A stretch of 64,000 nt of DNA from Callorhinchus milii (Eukaryota), in assembly GCF_018977255.1 (NCBI RefSeq), contig NW_024704743.1, forward strand, positions 41,478,001-41,542,000, in the 5' to 3' direction. The translations under genes and the position numbers were made by a program. The notes beneath the pieces are model-generated. The model made no database searches and was not told the origin of the DNA. It was given only the letters and a program-made list of their open reading frames with translations. Shown here piece by piece: positions 1 through 13,800 of this stretch (within the stretch, counting starts at the first letter, position 1; each line of letters opens with the position of its first letter).

Positions 1-289
1 AACCCCCTTTTGTGTTATATGCTTAAGTCTCTTTGAAATATATTGTTTGACATGTTTGAAAGGTGACACTTAATTAAGAATTATTAATGAAGGAAATGAG
101 TTGTGTGCTGACAGTTTCATTGCAGCCCTTCATTAGTGTCAAGAATGATTGTCTTCAAGGGAAATCAATTTCAGGAACATTCTCCTTCTGATGTGAATAC
201 AAATGCATGTAAAACAGTCATCTTTTCATTAACAATTATACATCTTTACAGAATAATCTGCATTATTTTCTTTATCTCTCCCCCCTCCC

Positions 290-660
290 TTCCATTTTTG
301 TTCTTTTCCTGAGAAAGTACTAACTCATGCAGGGGTTTCACTTCCACAGCTTCTGCTTGCTATCTACCTCCCAAAGCAACCATTATTCATTGTTTATCCT
401 TAGACTATTCCAAAATGGGACCAAACCCTAAGAGGCCCTTGTCTCACATCTCCACATATACATATGTTCCAGCTGGGTTACTAGATAACGAATAGAATAG
501 GAAACCCTATCTTATTTTTCTCCTCCTCAATCAGGGGAAGTGGTGCTAATTGTAACACTGCTGTTAACTCACCACAGACTGCTGTAGAACCTGGAACCTT
601 CCTGCTCAGTGTGGTTCAGTTTCACAATATAGATTGCGATACCAACTGAGATATAAGATG
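290..660 (-). mobile_element. Old tRNA-like-headed SINE, family C (unnamed), degenerate
   Basis: Reverse complement is colinear with 42055-42400 and 48320-48690 (head ctgaaccacactgagcaggaaggttccaggttc; aaaaataagatagggtttcct; atgaataatggttgc). Confidence 0.6.
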
Positions 661-2001
661 AGCAAAAATCTGTTAACGTTTCAAATTATTTTATTGTGTA
701 GTTCTTACTGAATTATTCATTATATTCAATAAAGTAGTCTACAGCTTCATAAGACAAGTAAGCCCTTGATAAGAGGTAATTTAATAGTACCTAATACTCT
801 ATTTTGTAATAATGAGAATTCACAGGACTTCTCTCAGCTTCAGAAAATGAACTAAATTTAATTTCACTGTGTGTTGAAGCAGAATGTAACAATGTTTTCA
901 CCGACTTCAAACACAAGAGCATTCAGTACATCGATCCAGCTTTACTAATTTTATTGTGTTAAGCACTGGGCACCTTTTCATATGCCGCTGCATTGTCTCC
1001 TTGCATAAATTGCTAAATTACACACTTCTATTCCAAAGGATAGAAGAGGTGTGGACCCCAAACAGTGAATGGCATGATTCTGTCTTAATCCAATATCCAG
1101 ACACAGTGCACATCTGGTGGTGTTTCCCCTAAAGCAATCAAAATCTTGAATTCTGACAGAATTTTTCCCCTCCGAAGTATCAGGGTTCACTCGTCTTCAC
1201 TCTGGCTGAGATCAAATAAACAAATAAAGGTCAGTCCGGGTTTTCAGATGTTGATGGTAATTTGAGGGAGGATCAAGACCTGCACTTAATATCAATGGCT
1301 ACATTTTCTGTGCAATAGTCAGTATATGTTGCCTCCAAAATTACACTTCAGAGTAAAATCCTGTGAAGGGCTTTGAGATGCCAGGATGTCACTATTCCAC
1401 TAAGTCACTATTCCAAATGGAAGGATTATTATTATAAAATGCCAGGTGGGGATTGGTCACTTCATCATGGTTATGTTGTGGAATGACAACTGTTCATCTA
1501 GATTGATTGACTTTGCATATGTTTCATAGATTGAACTGACTGACCTATAGTGTTTTCAGTGATTTCAATTCAATGAGTTAATGCTGGTGACCTGAGTGAG
1601 GAACAGGCTCCCATAAATTATCATATTCCACTGACGCAGATGAAAGAGACTACTGCTTTCACTTTGTATGCTATCAGCACCTTGCAGCTCTTGGAACCAG
1701 ACAAACTTTGGCCATCACATTGTTCACTAGGGTCCAAAGTGAATGAGAAAGTCAATACTACTTTGTTCAGGAAGCAGCCTGCAAACAAGCCAGTAGGTGT
1801 CAGTCTGGCTCAGTCAGACTCAGATAGACTCTCGTCTCTGATTCAGAAGATTGCGGGCTCAAGCCCCACACCAGGACTTTGAGCTAATATTGTCTAAGCT
1901 GATCTTCAAATGTTGTGCTGAGTGAGTGTTGGAGGTGTGAGCTTCAGATGAGATGTTAAACCGAGGTTCTGTCTGCCTGTTTTGGTACACATGAACAATT
2001 C

Positions 2002-2112
2002 ACGTTTCGGCCACAAAATATACAGTCAGTTCACTTTACAGTATATTCTGTGAAGTGCTTTAAGATTTCTCGAAGATATGATAAGGCGCTCTATCAAACG
2101 CAAAGATTATAA
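2002..2112 (+). mobile_element. 3' fragment of tRNA-Ala SINE family
   Basis: ccacaaaatatacagtcagttcactttacagtatattctgtgaag...ataaggcgctctatcaaacgcaaagattat matches the 3' third of the full copies; lies tail-to-tail with 2109-2426. Confidence 0.75.
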
Positions 2113-2426
2113 TAATAATCCTTGAATTTGATACAGCGCTTTTCACGTCGGGAGGACGTCCCAAAGCGCTTCACAGAGCACACTGTAAAGTGAATTGACT
2201 GTATATTTGTGGGCGAACGCGGCAGCCAATTGCGCACAACAATGTCCCACAAACAGTCGTAGATTGAGAATGACCAATTTACTATTGTTTTTTTTTGTTT
2301 TGGAGGGATTATTATTAGGCATGTGGAGTAAGGAAACTTGCCCAAGGTTTCGCCCTCTGCCTGGAATTGAACTCAGGTCTCTCGCTTGCAAAGCGAGTGC
2401 TCTAACCACTGAGCTACAGCACTCCA
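2109..2426 (-). mobile_element. Young tRNA-Ala-derived SINE, short form (SINE2-1_CM-like)
   Basis: Reverse complement has A box TAGCTCAGTGG, TGC anticodon loop, B box GTTCAATTCC, L2-type 3' tail and (ATT)n; very similar to 45875-46196. Confidence 0.92.
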
Positions 2427-4164
2427 ATTATTATAATTTATTATAATTCAATACGACTAATTGAATTGAGAAGGGAGTTTCTCCTGATGTCCCGGCCAAC
2501 AATCCACAAAATAAAATTGGTCACTTATTCCATGGCTGTTTTTGGACAATATGGTATGTAAAACTATCTGCTGTGTTTGCCTATAGCAGTCATATTAGAG
2601 TCAGCAAAGTCCAAAAGAAATGCAGGAAGCAAAACTTGTTAGACTCTAATTAGCTCCATCAACCCAACCTATTTATTTCTGCGTTCTGATGCTTGAACTA
2701 TCCCCTTTGCTCACATTATTACATTATCACATCCCCTTTGCTGTATTATTATTATATTATTAATCCATCCTCCCAATTTGTCTCACCTCTTATACTTCTC
2801 CCAAATTGCCCAAACTGTAAATGAACTAATCAATACTCTTTTTATAGTATCGGTATATCTTCCCAAAGGAATTCATACTCAACAATGTGGGAAAATGCAA
2901 TAGTGCTAAACATATTCTGGTCTTTAATTATCACAGATGTTCAGGAAAGGAATGTGTTAGCAATACTGCATTTCCTCCTCCTCTCCACCCCCATAGTATT
3001 TCTAAATATAAGAAAACATAGTAACAGAGTACAGCTGAAATGAGGGCAGGTTTCTTATGTTTTTTGCTTTCAGTTGCTTCAGGGGGAAAAAAAATACTCT
3101 GAAAAATATTAGTGCAACATTGACAAAAATCCTTCATACTGTATTTGCGACATTTACCAAAATGAATGTGACCGATTCCCTGCTGCCTAATTCAGACTGC
3201 AGAAATGCTCATTCATTAAACGGTGACTTTCAGACTTGTGCATCAAAGACCTGAAATGTCACAAGTGATCTTAAAGTGAAGGCCTTTGCTTTGAAGTTTA
3301 AGATTGTGTGGAACTTTGGAAACAGTTCTAAATTTAGTCTTAATGTTAAGGTTGATTTACTACAATACAAAAGAAACAATAGCAGAAAATTGGCTCCCAA
3401 TTTAAGGCTGAATTTAAGGACTGTTTTTCAAAATTCCGCTGAATCTTTGACATTACGATAATGGTGTTCTTCTGTGCTGTAGGATTTTATGATTCTATTC
3501 CATGGTCTGAAGTCAAAGATCATGAAAAACTTCATGCCCTAGGGTTTGATTCAGGAAGGAGAAGCTTTGTTACTTGCAGGCATCTTAGATTACTATATAC
3601 TATTGCTGTATAGTTGCAGCACTACTCATTTTCTTGGCATAAATATCATCATCATAATAATGCTTACATTTGGTATAACGCTGTTAATGTCAGGAGGACA
3701 TCTGAAAGTACTTCATAAGATATACTGTAAAGTGGAATGATTGTTTTGCACGCAAATACAATGGTTTAAATGCACCATCCTTACAGGATTGATATTCTGG
3801 TTAATTTGTTCTAATCAGGTTCTATAAATGATGAACTTTGGAGTCATTCTGCCACTGCTTGTCTTCAATACCACTCTGTACCTTGAGTGATAATGTCATC
3901 GGACAGCTGATAAAGAAAGAAGAATGAGTGGGACACAGCACATTTCCCTAAATTGCATAAACTTTGTGATAAAAAGAGAAATTTCCAATTTATCTTCAAA
4001 TAAATCTGAGGAACTCATATACCCAGTTCAAGAACTCACCAGATTACATCATGTACTTTTCAATCAGGCTGTTAACATTATGCTCAGTGAAGGCTCTGTC
4101 CTGACTTAATCTCAGAAAACCAAGAAAGTCATTGCACTTCTTGGCTGTGAGATTGACACAAGTT

Positions 4165-4490
4165 GTGGAGTCCTGTAGCTCAGTGGTTAGAGCACTCACC
4201 TTGCAAGCGAGGCACTTGGGTTCAATTCCAGGCAGGGCAAAACCTTGAGCAAGTTTCCTTACTCCACACACCTGATAATAATCCCTCCAAAACAAAAAAC
4301 AATAATAAATTGGTCACTTCAATCCACAACTGTTTGTGGGACATTGCTGTGCGCAATTGGCAGCTGCATTTTGCCCACAAATATACAGTCAATTCACTTT
4401 ACAGTCTATTCTGTGAGGGCTTTGAGATGTCGAGAAGACATGAAAAGCGCTATATCAAATGCAAGGATTATTTTTATTATTATTATTTTT
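4165..4490 (+). mobile_element. tRNA-Ala-derived SINE, short form, with TSD
   Basis: gtggagtcctgtagctcagtggttagagc head, B box, L2-type tail, (ATT)n; aagtt(g) duplicated at 4160 and 4491. Confidence 0.92.
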
Positions 4491-5079
4491 AAGTTGACTG
4501 ATTTTCTCTGATGTCAAATTGGTTACCAGGTAGCAAGTTGGACTGAGATATTGCAGTTGCTTCTTATTAGTGCTCTTTCCCTAAGATTTGACAGGACTAG
4601 AAGTAGGTCCTAATATTATAGGCATTGGGTTTCTTTTTTTGTTCTTGCTTTCAAATCTGCTCCCTCTGCTATGCAGTCTATCCCTTCCTGTAGTTTCCTG
4701 CATTCTTCCATAGAGAATTAATTTGATATCTTCAGTCAATTTAGAATTTGTTCTACCAATCCTGAAATCCAAATGATTGATATGGCTGGAAATAATAGTG
4801 GTCTATGTTGTTATATAGATCCAAATAGATCAGTCTGAGAAACATTAATTAACCCCCAATTTCTGTCCTCTGTCTTTTAGCCACCTCTCCATTCATGTTA
4901 TTAATATAATGTCAGTGCTATGAGATTTAATATGTTTAACCAGTCTTTTATGGGAACTTTATCAAATGCATCGGAAATATATATTATATGAGGTTTCAAT
5001 GTGTGTATACATCAATAACAACAAATTTCATTTAAATCAAATTCAAGATCTTTGTTTTCACCTTGAAATCCCTCCGCAG

Positions 5080-5385
5080 ACCTGCCCTAACCTACATCTT
5101 TCTTCAGTGAACATCAGCCTGCTTCATATCTTCCGCACTATCACCCTGCAAATGGCAGATAGAATTTCAGCCATTCTGCCCCTCTCTCCTAAATTCCATC
5201 CCAGTGTCTCTCTGACTCATTCCCTCCCTATCCTCTTTCAAGGCATACTTCAAAACATCCCTCCTTGACTGCACTTTGAGTCACGTTTCCTCTCCCCATC
5301 CCCTCGGCTTCGATCCTCAGCACTGGTGCGCTTCCAGCATTGCAAAGTGCTTTAGGAACTCTCAACATGATAGATATATAAATAT
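5080..5385 (+). mobile_element. Old L2 3' fragment
   Basis: Pyrimidine-rich L2 3' end (ctctttcaaggcatacttcaaaacatccctccttgac) followed by a degenerate tail hairpin. Confidence 0.5.
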
Positions 5386-6499
5386 ATAAATGTATTATAT
5401 AAACTATATAAATGTAAAATGTATTGTTTTGTATTTCCCTTTGCCATTAATTAGGATGTATTTAACCTGTTTTCTCTGTCTCATATTGAACTATCTCCAC
5501 CCCTCATCCACCGTTTTGTGTTTAAAAGGATTTGAGCTGTGGACGTTTATCCTACAAATGAAAGACATTTGTTACAATACCCAGATGGAGCCATCAATGT
5601 TTAAGTAGACTTACATGAGATCATTTCTGGCTTCTACCCAAATCTCCAATTTATCATTGAAGCTATCATCCTCAATAAACCCGTCATCCAGTCATTTTAT
5701 TTTAAATCCAGGCTGCATCACTAATCAAATAAATATATACACCACCGTGGAATGGAAATTGTATTTCATTTCGTTGCATTTCTTACTATTGTAAGATTTC
5801 ACACCTCAAAACACAAGAATCCTACGGGGATGGCAAGTGCAGTGCTAAAGAAAGTCTGCCCTATGAGACATTGCTATATCAAATTTGTCCGAAAATGCTG
5901 AAATCAATTTAGCCTCTCTCAGTGGGAATGTATCAGTCATAAACTTCAGAATGCTATGTTCACCTCGCTTTGATCAGTCTGGAAAGGAACCTTTGCGGAT
6001 AGAATAATTTCTCAATGTGCTCCTTCCACTGCCCAAAACAAGTCTGCACTAGCGGTTTCTCTCAAGATTACCCCTTGCTGTATATAAATAATCATATTTG
6101 TGGTGGCGATAAGCAAAACTCAGTAGTAAGTGGGATTGTTCAAATGTAAAATTACTTAATAAAAAAAGTCAAGATATTAGTGCTAATCTTCCAACAATAA
6201 CAAAGTAGCATCTTGCAAATTCTGAGTTAAGATATATAGGAACAGGATTAGATTAATCAGCCTGTCAAGCCTTCCAATGCTGTAACATCTTAGCATCTCT
6301 TTATATGTGTAATCTTCTGTCCCCACTGTTTCTTCATATCCCTTAATCCCAAGTATCTGTCTATCCATCGATAATCATAGACATCTTCAGCACAGAAAAG
6401 GCCATTTGACTCATCATGCCTGCATTGACTCTCTATAAAAGAGATTTGCCTCAATTGATTATGTGTCTATGGCTTTCTGAAGTAGTGCATTTATTATTC

Positions 6500-7315
6500 T
6501 AACAACAACAACAGATTTATATTTGCATAGCGCCTTTCACATTTGGAGGATAAGGCGCTGGACAGACAGAGTTTAAGACCCAAACTGGGGGTCAGGATCG
6601 GAGAGGGTAGAGGGCAGCGGGGGAAGCAGAGAGATCAAAAGTATGGTCAAAGAAGAACATCTTGAGATGTGTCTTGAAGGAGGCAAGGGAGGGCGAGGTG
6701 GTGGGACTACAGGATGGAGTTCCAGAATGTGGGGTCAGAGTGGCAGAAGGCCCGCCCGCCAATAGTGGGGTGAGTGAGGCGGGGGACATGAAGCAGGCCG
6801 GAGCCCGCTGAGTGGAGGGAGCAATCAAGAAGGTAGGAGATTAAGAGGTCGCAGAGGTAGGGGGGAGCAAAACCATGGAGGGCTTTGAAGGTGAGGACCA
6901 GGATCTTAAACTGTATCCTCTGTGTGATGGGAAGCCAATGGAGTCGAGCGAGGATGGGGTTGACAGGGTCTCGCAGCCTGGTGTGGGAGAGGACTCATGC
7001 TGCAGAGTTCTGGATGATCTGCAGCCTGTGGAGGGAGGACTTGGGGAGGCCGACAAGCAAGGGGTATGCATTGTCAAGCCTCGATGTAATGAAAGTGGGT
7101 ATGAGGGTTTCAGCGACCTGTAGTGTGAGACAGTGGCGGAGCCGGGCGATGTTGCGGAGGTGGGGGAAGGCAGAGCGGGTCATGGCACAGATGTAGGGTA
7201 GAAAGGATAGTTGAGGGTCAAACAAGATGCCAAGAGTCCAGACTGGCTTAGCAAGGTGGAGTGTGCAACCATGGATGGTGATGCTTTCAGCGCCTGAGGT
7301 GTGGAGGCTAACACA
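6500..7315 (-). mobile_element. L2 LINE, 5'-truncated (ORF2 C-terminus, 3' UTR, (TTG)n tail)
   Basis: Translation LGILFDPQLSF...HLRNIARLR...TFITSRLD...LQIIQNSAA is typical L2 ORF2; (CAA)n at 6500-6512; colinear with 36750-37565. Confidence 0.93.
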
Positions 7316-7549
7316 GTGAACAAGAATCACTTTTAAACACTTTTAGTTCTATTTTTAAGGTACTCCACTTAAAATTGTTTTACATTCAACTATTGGAGGG
7401 ATGAGTTATCCCCTATCTACTTCATTAATTTTGTCCATTCTGTTCTTTTTAAACACATCAAGTTTAAATCATTTAATTCATCCCTTAATTTAATTCTGGA
7501 GAAAATATCTCAAATGTACCTAGACTCCCATCACAGTGAATTGACTCAA

Positions 7550-7725
7550 TCAAGAAAAAAAGCAACAACAAAATTGGTCACTTCAATCCACGATTGTTTT
7601 TGGACACTGTTGTGCGCAATTCGCTGCCAGATTTCACCCACCAATATACAGTCAACTCACTTTACAGTATATTCTGTGAAGCGCTTTGAGACGTCTAGAA
7701 AATGTGAAAAGCAAGGATTATTATC
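7550..7725 (+). mobile_element. 3' half of tRNA-Ala SINE
   Basis: aaattggtcacttcaatccacga...cagtcaactcactttacagtatattctgtgaagcgctttgagacgtc. Confidence 0.8.
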
Positions 7726-7829
7726 ATATCATTCTGATGAATCGACACTTCTTTGGATGTTGGTATTTTTTTCTACCTCTTTGATAGAGACTGACTTCCC
7801 ATGAGCCGTTCTGATTATTTTCTGCACCT

Positions 7830-7970
7830 GTAACTGGCTGCTGCATTTCGCTTACAATTTATGCAGTCAATTATCTATGCAGTATATTCAGTATATATTG
7901 AGTTGTCTCGAAGACATGATAAGGTGCCATATCAAAAGCAAGGATTATTATTATTTTTATTATTATTATT
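7830..7970 (+). mobile_element. 3' fragment of tRNA-Ala SINE
   Basis: tggctgctgcatttcgc...tcgaagacatgataaggtgccatatcaaaagcaagg followed by (ATT)n. Confidence 0.7.
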
Positions 7971-10587
7971 ATAGCTGTGTGGCTCCATGCTTATATTGAA
8001 TTGCCCCAAGTTGTGGTGCTTCCATCTATAGGCTTTAACCAATCAGCAACTTTTGTCTCTCTCTCTCCTGATGTGATGGAATTGGCAATAGGCAGTATTT
8101 CTCTTCTAATATTATGGGGGTGGTTTCCTTCTGGGATATGCCCAACTTCCTCCAGCCCACAGCCCCCTCTAATTTGATTATCTCAAAAGCTTTCCCAGTG
8201 GAGAAGTCCCCTACAGTAATTCATATTTGAATCTTAATGTAAATGAGCTTACATTTAGCATGACTTTTGATATTGTTCTTCGTCTTTTATATACCTCTGC
8301 TAGATTTTTTTTAGTAGAGTGTGTTATGCTTATCAAGTTAGTTGTTTGCAGAACTCTATGGCAGTGCTGCTTCCCTTGCGGATATATTTGTTAGCTTTGG
8401 ACCACAATTTCCAAGCTCCACCCTTTGATTGAACTGTACAACATTACCATGCATTACTATTCATTCTGCATATTCCATCAGATTGGCAGATGTTTCAGAA
8501 CATTAATGCAAGTAGCTTAAGGCAATGGGAGAAAAATGCCCCTTTCTTTGTGGCCATGTATAAAATCTTTGGGGGAAAAGGGTCTTTCACTTCAAATACA
8601 TCCACTGTTTATCTGGAAACCTTGCTGATGAACATTCATCGATTTACATAGCCTCACTATTCAAATCTTATCTTCTTTTCTCCACAGACAACTACCCTAT
8701 TCTCCACCTTCACCCCAGAATGAATATAGAAATGTGTGTCCAGTTGAATCTTTGTTGTTCTTAGTCTGCACGTACCCCATAATCCTTCAATACTGTTCTC
8801 AGTTACTTATCCAGGTATTTTTATGTGCACAAATCAAGTTATCGAGGTGGTTCTCACAAATAAAATATCATTTCCATAATTTAATAATTTAATAATGTGT
8901 AACATTCTACTTGTTTCATTTATTTACCCCAAATAAATGTAAGTTAGTAGCTTTGCTCTGAATAATCTACTTCTGTTTTCAGCATGTGGTCCAGCGAAAA
9001 CCAACCAGAGAGTATGCTAATCATTATAACCTTTGCATAAATAATAAATGTAGCAATTTTACTCTATACCCGGATGTCAAGTACCAGCTAAATAGGTAGC
9101 ACATGCAATGAATATTTAACACTTGCCATTTCACGCTATGTTTGTCACTGATTTAGATTTTCTGTCATTTCCTCTGAATGGTTATGACACATTCAATGCA
9201 GCTGTCAGCAGAATCAGAGATCCTGTACTATAAAAGGATTTTCTTTCACTTTTCCAGATGCATAAGAATGACAGTCATTTCTGCAGATTGCTCTTTGGGC
9301 TAAGTTAGGTTAACCTTCTGAGGAGTAGCTCACCTTCAGAAAGTAATACTGGCTTACAGTTCTCCATTTTCTTCAGTTTACTCAAAATAGAGGGATGTTT
9401 ACAACAGAATTAACATCAACATACGTTTATTTTTTAGCACTATGTTTTCAGAGGATATTGTTCCATATAATGATATTCTTCTATTAAATGGATGCTCAAG
9501 AAAATGTAATCCTCACCTCAATGGGAAAAATAATTTGATTTGCATAAGTATATACCTCAGTGCTTCATGTAACAGAACATAAGTATGTGCGTGTCTTAAA
9601 GGGAAATCCCATTCTCACTGCTTATCACCATCCTGAGCTACTTTTATCCAGGCTCAGAGAGACATCCTCTCTACCTATTAACCTCGCCGTCAGTGCTTCT
9701 CCTTAGAATAGAATCATAGAACGTTTACCAAAGAAAAGGAGGATGTTTTCACTTTTCCCCCAATGAAACTAGCTACTCTGAACGCATTCTATGTTTCCTA
9801 TTATCTTTTAATATTTTCTTCAATAATTCATTCCATTTCCTATGATAGATTAATCTTCAGCAGCTGTTTGTTAATAACCCATTGTATATTCTTACAACGT
9901 TTTGTGTTAATTTTTTAAAACTTTTTGATACACTTTTGTTACAGTTAATAACCCTTGTATTTGATGTAATGCCTGTAACATTGAGACCAGCTTAAGGCGC
10001 TTCACAAAGTTTGTAGTGGTGTAGTCCTTACACAAAAAATCATCATAAAGGGAAATAAAGCATACATGTCAATGTGATCTTACAGCATAAACAATGTGAA
10101 TATGCAAATAAGTAATTTGTTGTAAAATCAACCCTTACTTTAGTACTTTGTTTTTACTTTTTTTCAAACAAATTAAAGTGCATAACAACTTTTCGAACTG
10201 TTGTAGTGCAATTCTCATTTAAAATTCAATTCAATTAAAAAGAGTTATCAAAGCAAAGTTGGCAGAGAACCAGGTCTCCCTGTGGCACTTCATCTTGTGA
10301 GGCTGTTCTTTCCTCATTCCCTTCATTTCTCTTTTCCGCAAGCTTTGTTCTCAGCTTTGCATTTGCACTCTAAATTAAAGGTGCTTTCTGCGACATTATG
10401 GAACACACAGAATACAATAATGAATTATTACTGATTTTCCAAGTTTAGTAACATTCCTTTCCCCTTCAATCATCTAGGCAATTAAATGTTTGTTTCTGTG
10501 CATCTGTAACCTGGTTGCAATTGGTTTATTGTCAAGTATTATATAGTAGCATCACAAAGCATGATCCAAGTCATATACATAGCCCAA

Positions 10588-10897
10588 GTGGAGTCCTGTA
10601 GCTCATTGGTTAGAGCACTCGCTTGCTAGCGAGAGACCTGGGTTCAATTCCCGGCAGGGTGAAACCTTGGGCAAGTTTCCTTACTCCACACACCTGATGA
10701 TAATCCCTCAAAAAAATAATAAATTGGTCATTTCAATCCACGACTGTTTGTGGGACACTGCTGTGCGCAATTGGCTGCCGTATTTCGCTCACAAATATAC
10801 ACTCAATTCACTTTACAGTCTATTCTGAGAAGCGTTTTGAGATGTCTAGGAGATGCGAAAAGTGCTATATCAAATGCAAGGATTATTATTATTATTA
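10588..10897 (+). mobile_element. tRNA-Ala-derived SINE, short form
   Basis: Full head with A and B boxes, body, L2-type tail and (ATT)n. Confidence 0.92.
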
Positions 10898-13800
10898 ACA
10901 TTCAACAATTTGCCTGCCCAACCATCCATCCATTATTTGTATTATGTTGTATTATTTATTTGTATTATGCTGCGGTCAGAGTCAATAATAGCTTACTCAT
11001 AAATGGAATCCCTTTTGGTTATACAAGTCCCAAGCATTAGCTCTATTGACTTCACAGGGGTGTTCTACAATGCTGACATTTTAGCACATTGGTTAAATTT
11101 ACAACTTGCTAAAGTATTGAATAGCAATTAACTAGACATGCTGGAAGGAGTCTCTCCAGATACTGATCTCAACACAGATCTCCTAGAAGCTGGGTTACAC
11201 ATTCGCTTTACATCTTACGACTTCTCAGATTCCAGCAGAACCATGCAATGTTTATGTAACACTTTAGAATGTTACATATTTAATCCAGTTGTTAGATCCC
11301 GGCATTTCACAGTAGAAGCAGCATTCACTCTCTCTAATGGTTTCCTTCTCTTCCTCCAACATTCCTGTGTTAAACATTCATATAAGGAAGTATCCCACTG
11401 AACGTTCGTACCAATCCAGGCAAATCTGTTCCAAATCAATGTCTTGTTTCCAGTAGCTACCGAATGCCGATGCCTGAGGCACAGTCATCAATGAAGAAAT
11501 ACTTAGTCAATAAAATGTATTTGGTTGGCTGACCAAAAGGGTTGGCCACCACTGGCATAGGGCATGATCAACAGTTTTGACAAGGCAAATGGCCCATTTC
11601 TGTTCCCATTTTCCTACCATTGCTTCAGACCTGCAATTTCTGAGCTTTCTGAATGGAAGATTTCAAAGTATCAACACAGCAGTAATAGACACAAAAAAAA
11701 TAGAAAACTTCCTTGCCTAAAAGCATGGATATAAATAAGGGCTATTGAGAGAAGATTTACAATTATAATTTACATTTATAAATCAGCTTTCACCTCTCAA
11801 AGTGCTTCACACAGCTGACTGGGAGTCTAAACTTGGGAGCAGAGAGCTAAGTTTGCCTACAAATGCACAGTCACTACAATTTATCACTTATAGGAACAGA
11901 AAAATCATGAGGATAATGATGAAATGTTTACAGCATAGTTGGAGGCTACTTGACCCATTGTACTATTGTTGAGAACAAATATCACTATGGGGAAGCATTT
12001 GAGAATTCTGCAGGCTTTCAGTCATCTTTTTTATCCTGGAAGTTTAGGATGGGTGTATGAAATAGTTCAGATCAATAATAATAATCATTACATATCCTAT
12101 AGCTGTTTCACGACGGGAGGATGTTTCACAGTGTTTCACAGGATATATTTCAAATGCTCCAAGATGCTACCCCTGTGAAGTTGTTGTTAGTGTTGCAATA
12201 CTGTAAAGTATAGTGACCTTGTATTCTGATGGTGAACACAGTAACCAATTTTGTATTTGGTTTTGTATGATTGAATGTGGTAATTCTGATTAGGATTATA
12301 AATCTAGTTCTAATTTGGAAGATGTTCTCTTCTCCAAGATCATTATGAGAATCGATACTGAAGTTTCTTGAAGGTATATGTACGAAACAAGACCGAGTAG
12401 ATGGTCGTATGGAAATCATCTGGGTAAGGAATCAGAAGAGAGCAATGATGGGCAGTATTTGCATGGTCAGCCAGCAACCGCAGTAAACATAATGCAGAAA
12501 ATGGTTCAAGGCCAAATTTCTCCAGTGTAATATAACTTCAAGGAAAGCATAACATGATAACTCAGTCTTGAGTGCAATTCTTTTGTTCTTAGTAAGGATT
12601 AAAGTACAGAGTAGTGGGTATGGAACAAAATATAATTTATTGAAAATCTAAACCCAACGTGAAAAGAGTTATGTACTTCTGTTTAGACCAACATAAACAG
12701 CATGTTCAGAGTTGTGTTTGTTTATTCAGAATCATGTTTTTTTAAATACGAAATCCATTCGCTGCAGCAGTAATGTGGTAGCTTGTTTGATGTGCAGTTC
12801 AGTGTAAACATTGGTCAGAACCACGGAGGCTTGCTCGGGCTTCAGTGCCTCTTTCTACTTTCTCACTTTAGCATGCACTTTACGGCCACTTAAGCAGAAC
12901 GCATGATTTAAAGTGCTTGTTGCCTTCAGGTAGACGTTCTATTCACGTTTTCTTATTGGACAAGAAATGTGAAAACATATCACCCTTCTGTTATACAAAG
13001 GGCATCTTTCATCCCAGAGGCTCTCAGCATCTCTCAAAACATTAAAGAAATGATCTGTAACAAAGGATAGGTAATTGTACTCCAACCGGCTTGTAAAGTT
13101 TTTCCAGTGCACAAGTGTAGGAGCGCTAAAAAAACAATTGAGCCGCAATTAAATTACACTAAGTTCTCTTGAACAATGCAGCCTTAGGCCCTGAGGCACA
13201 TCTCTTCAAACCGTGAGAACTATGGGAAACACTCAGTTAATTTAGATGCAGTAGAAATAAAAGCTACTAAGGTGAAAGTGTTGAATTACTGGCAGCTGTT
13301 TTATAAATCCAAAAGTCCCAAAACAGAAAAGATTAAAGCATTAGGAAATGCCTATAAATTAACAATAAGCGGTGATATATGGACTGTATACACACTCAAT
13401 TTTCTTTTTAAAAGTATGTCGTAACTAGTTGCTAATATTATTAATTGTAACTATGTGAAAGAGCCTCCCTGTGATCCTTTACTGCAGCCACAAACACAAC
13501 ATGAACAATGATTTAGCATTGGATCGTTCAGCTGCATTGGTAAAACGTGTCATTTTCAATGCATACCTGTTATACCTATCAATTTGGTAAAAGTCTAGTG
13601 AACCATTGGAGGATATGTGATGAAGAGCGGGGCGGTGCAAATTACATTCCACATGAGGAGGAATAATCTGATAATTTGTTATGGACAGTGCCACAACCAT
13701 AGCCCAATCCCCATTTTAGGGCCTAAATCATGAAATGGTCTTGGATTTGGAAATGTTCTTCTGAACTGGGTCACCATTACATGGAGTTAAATTCTGAGCA

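Larger units (their letters stand above)
1804..2592 (+). mobile_element. Deu-domain SINE (SacSINE1-like), interrupted at ~2001-2450 by younger SINE sequence
   Basis: tRNA-like head (ctctcgtctctgattcagaagattgcgggctcaagcccc), Deu-type core (gatgagatgttaaaccgagg), resuming at gggagtttctcctgatgtcccggccaac after the insertion. Confidence 0.75.

Noticed and set aside
3290-3325. Similarity to 32960-32990 (ttgtgtg..a.tttggaa)
   Set aside because: About 30 bp, AT-rich and does not extend; probably chance.
4165-4240. tRNA-Ala(TGC)-like genes
   Set aside because: They are SINE heads: no proper acceptor stem or T-run terminator, and they continue into SINE body sequence.
12294-12428. Possible plus-strand exon ending tgg|gtaagg
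   Set aside because: Every frame from the plausible acceptors contains a stop codon, and no known protein similarity is evident.
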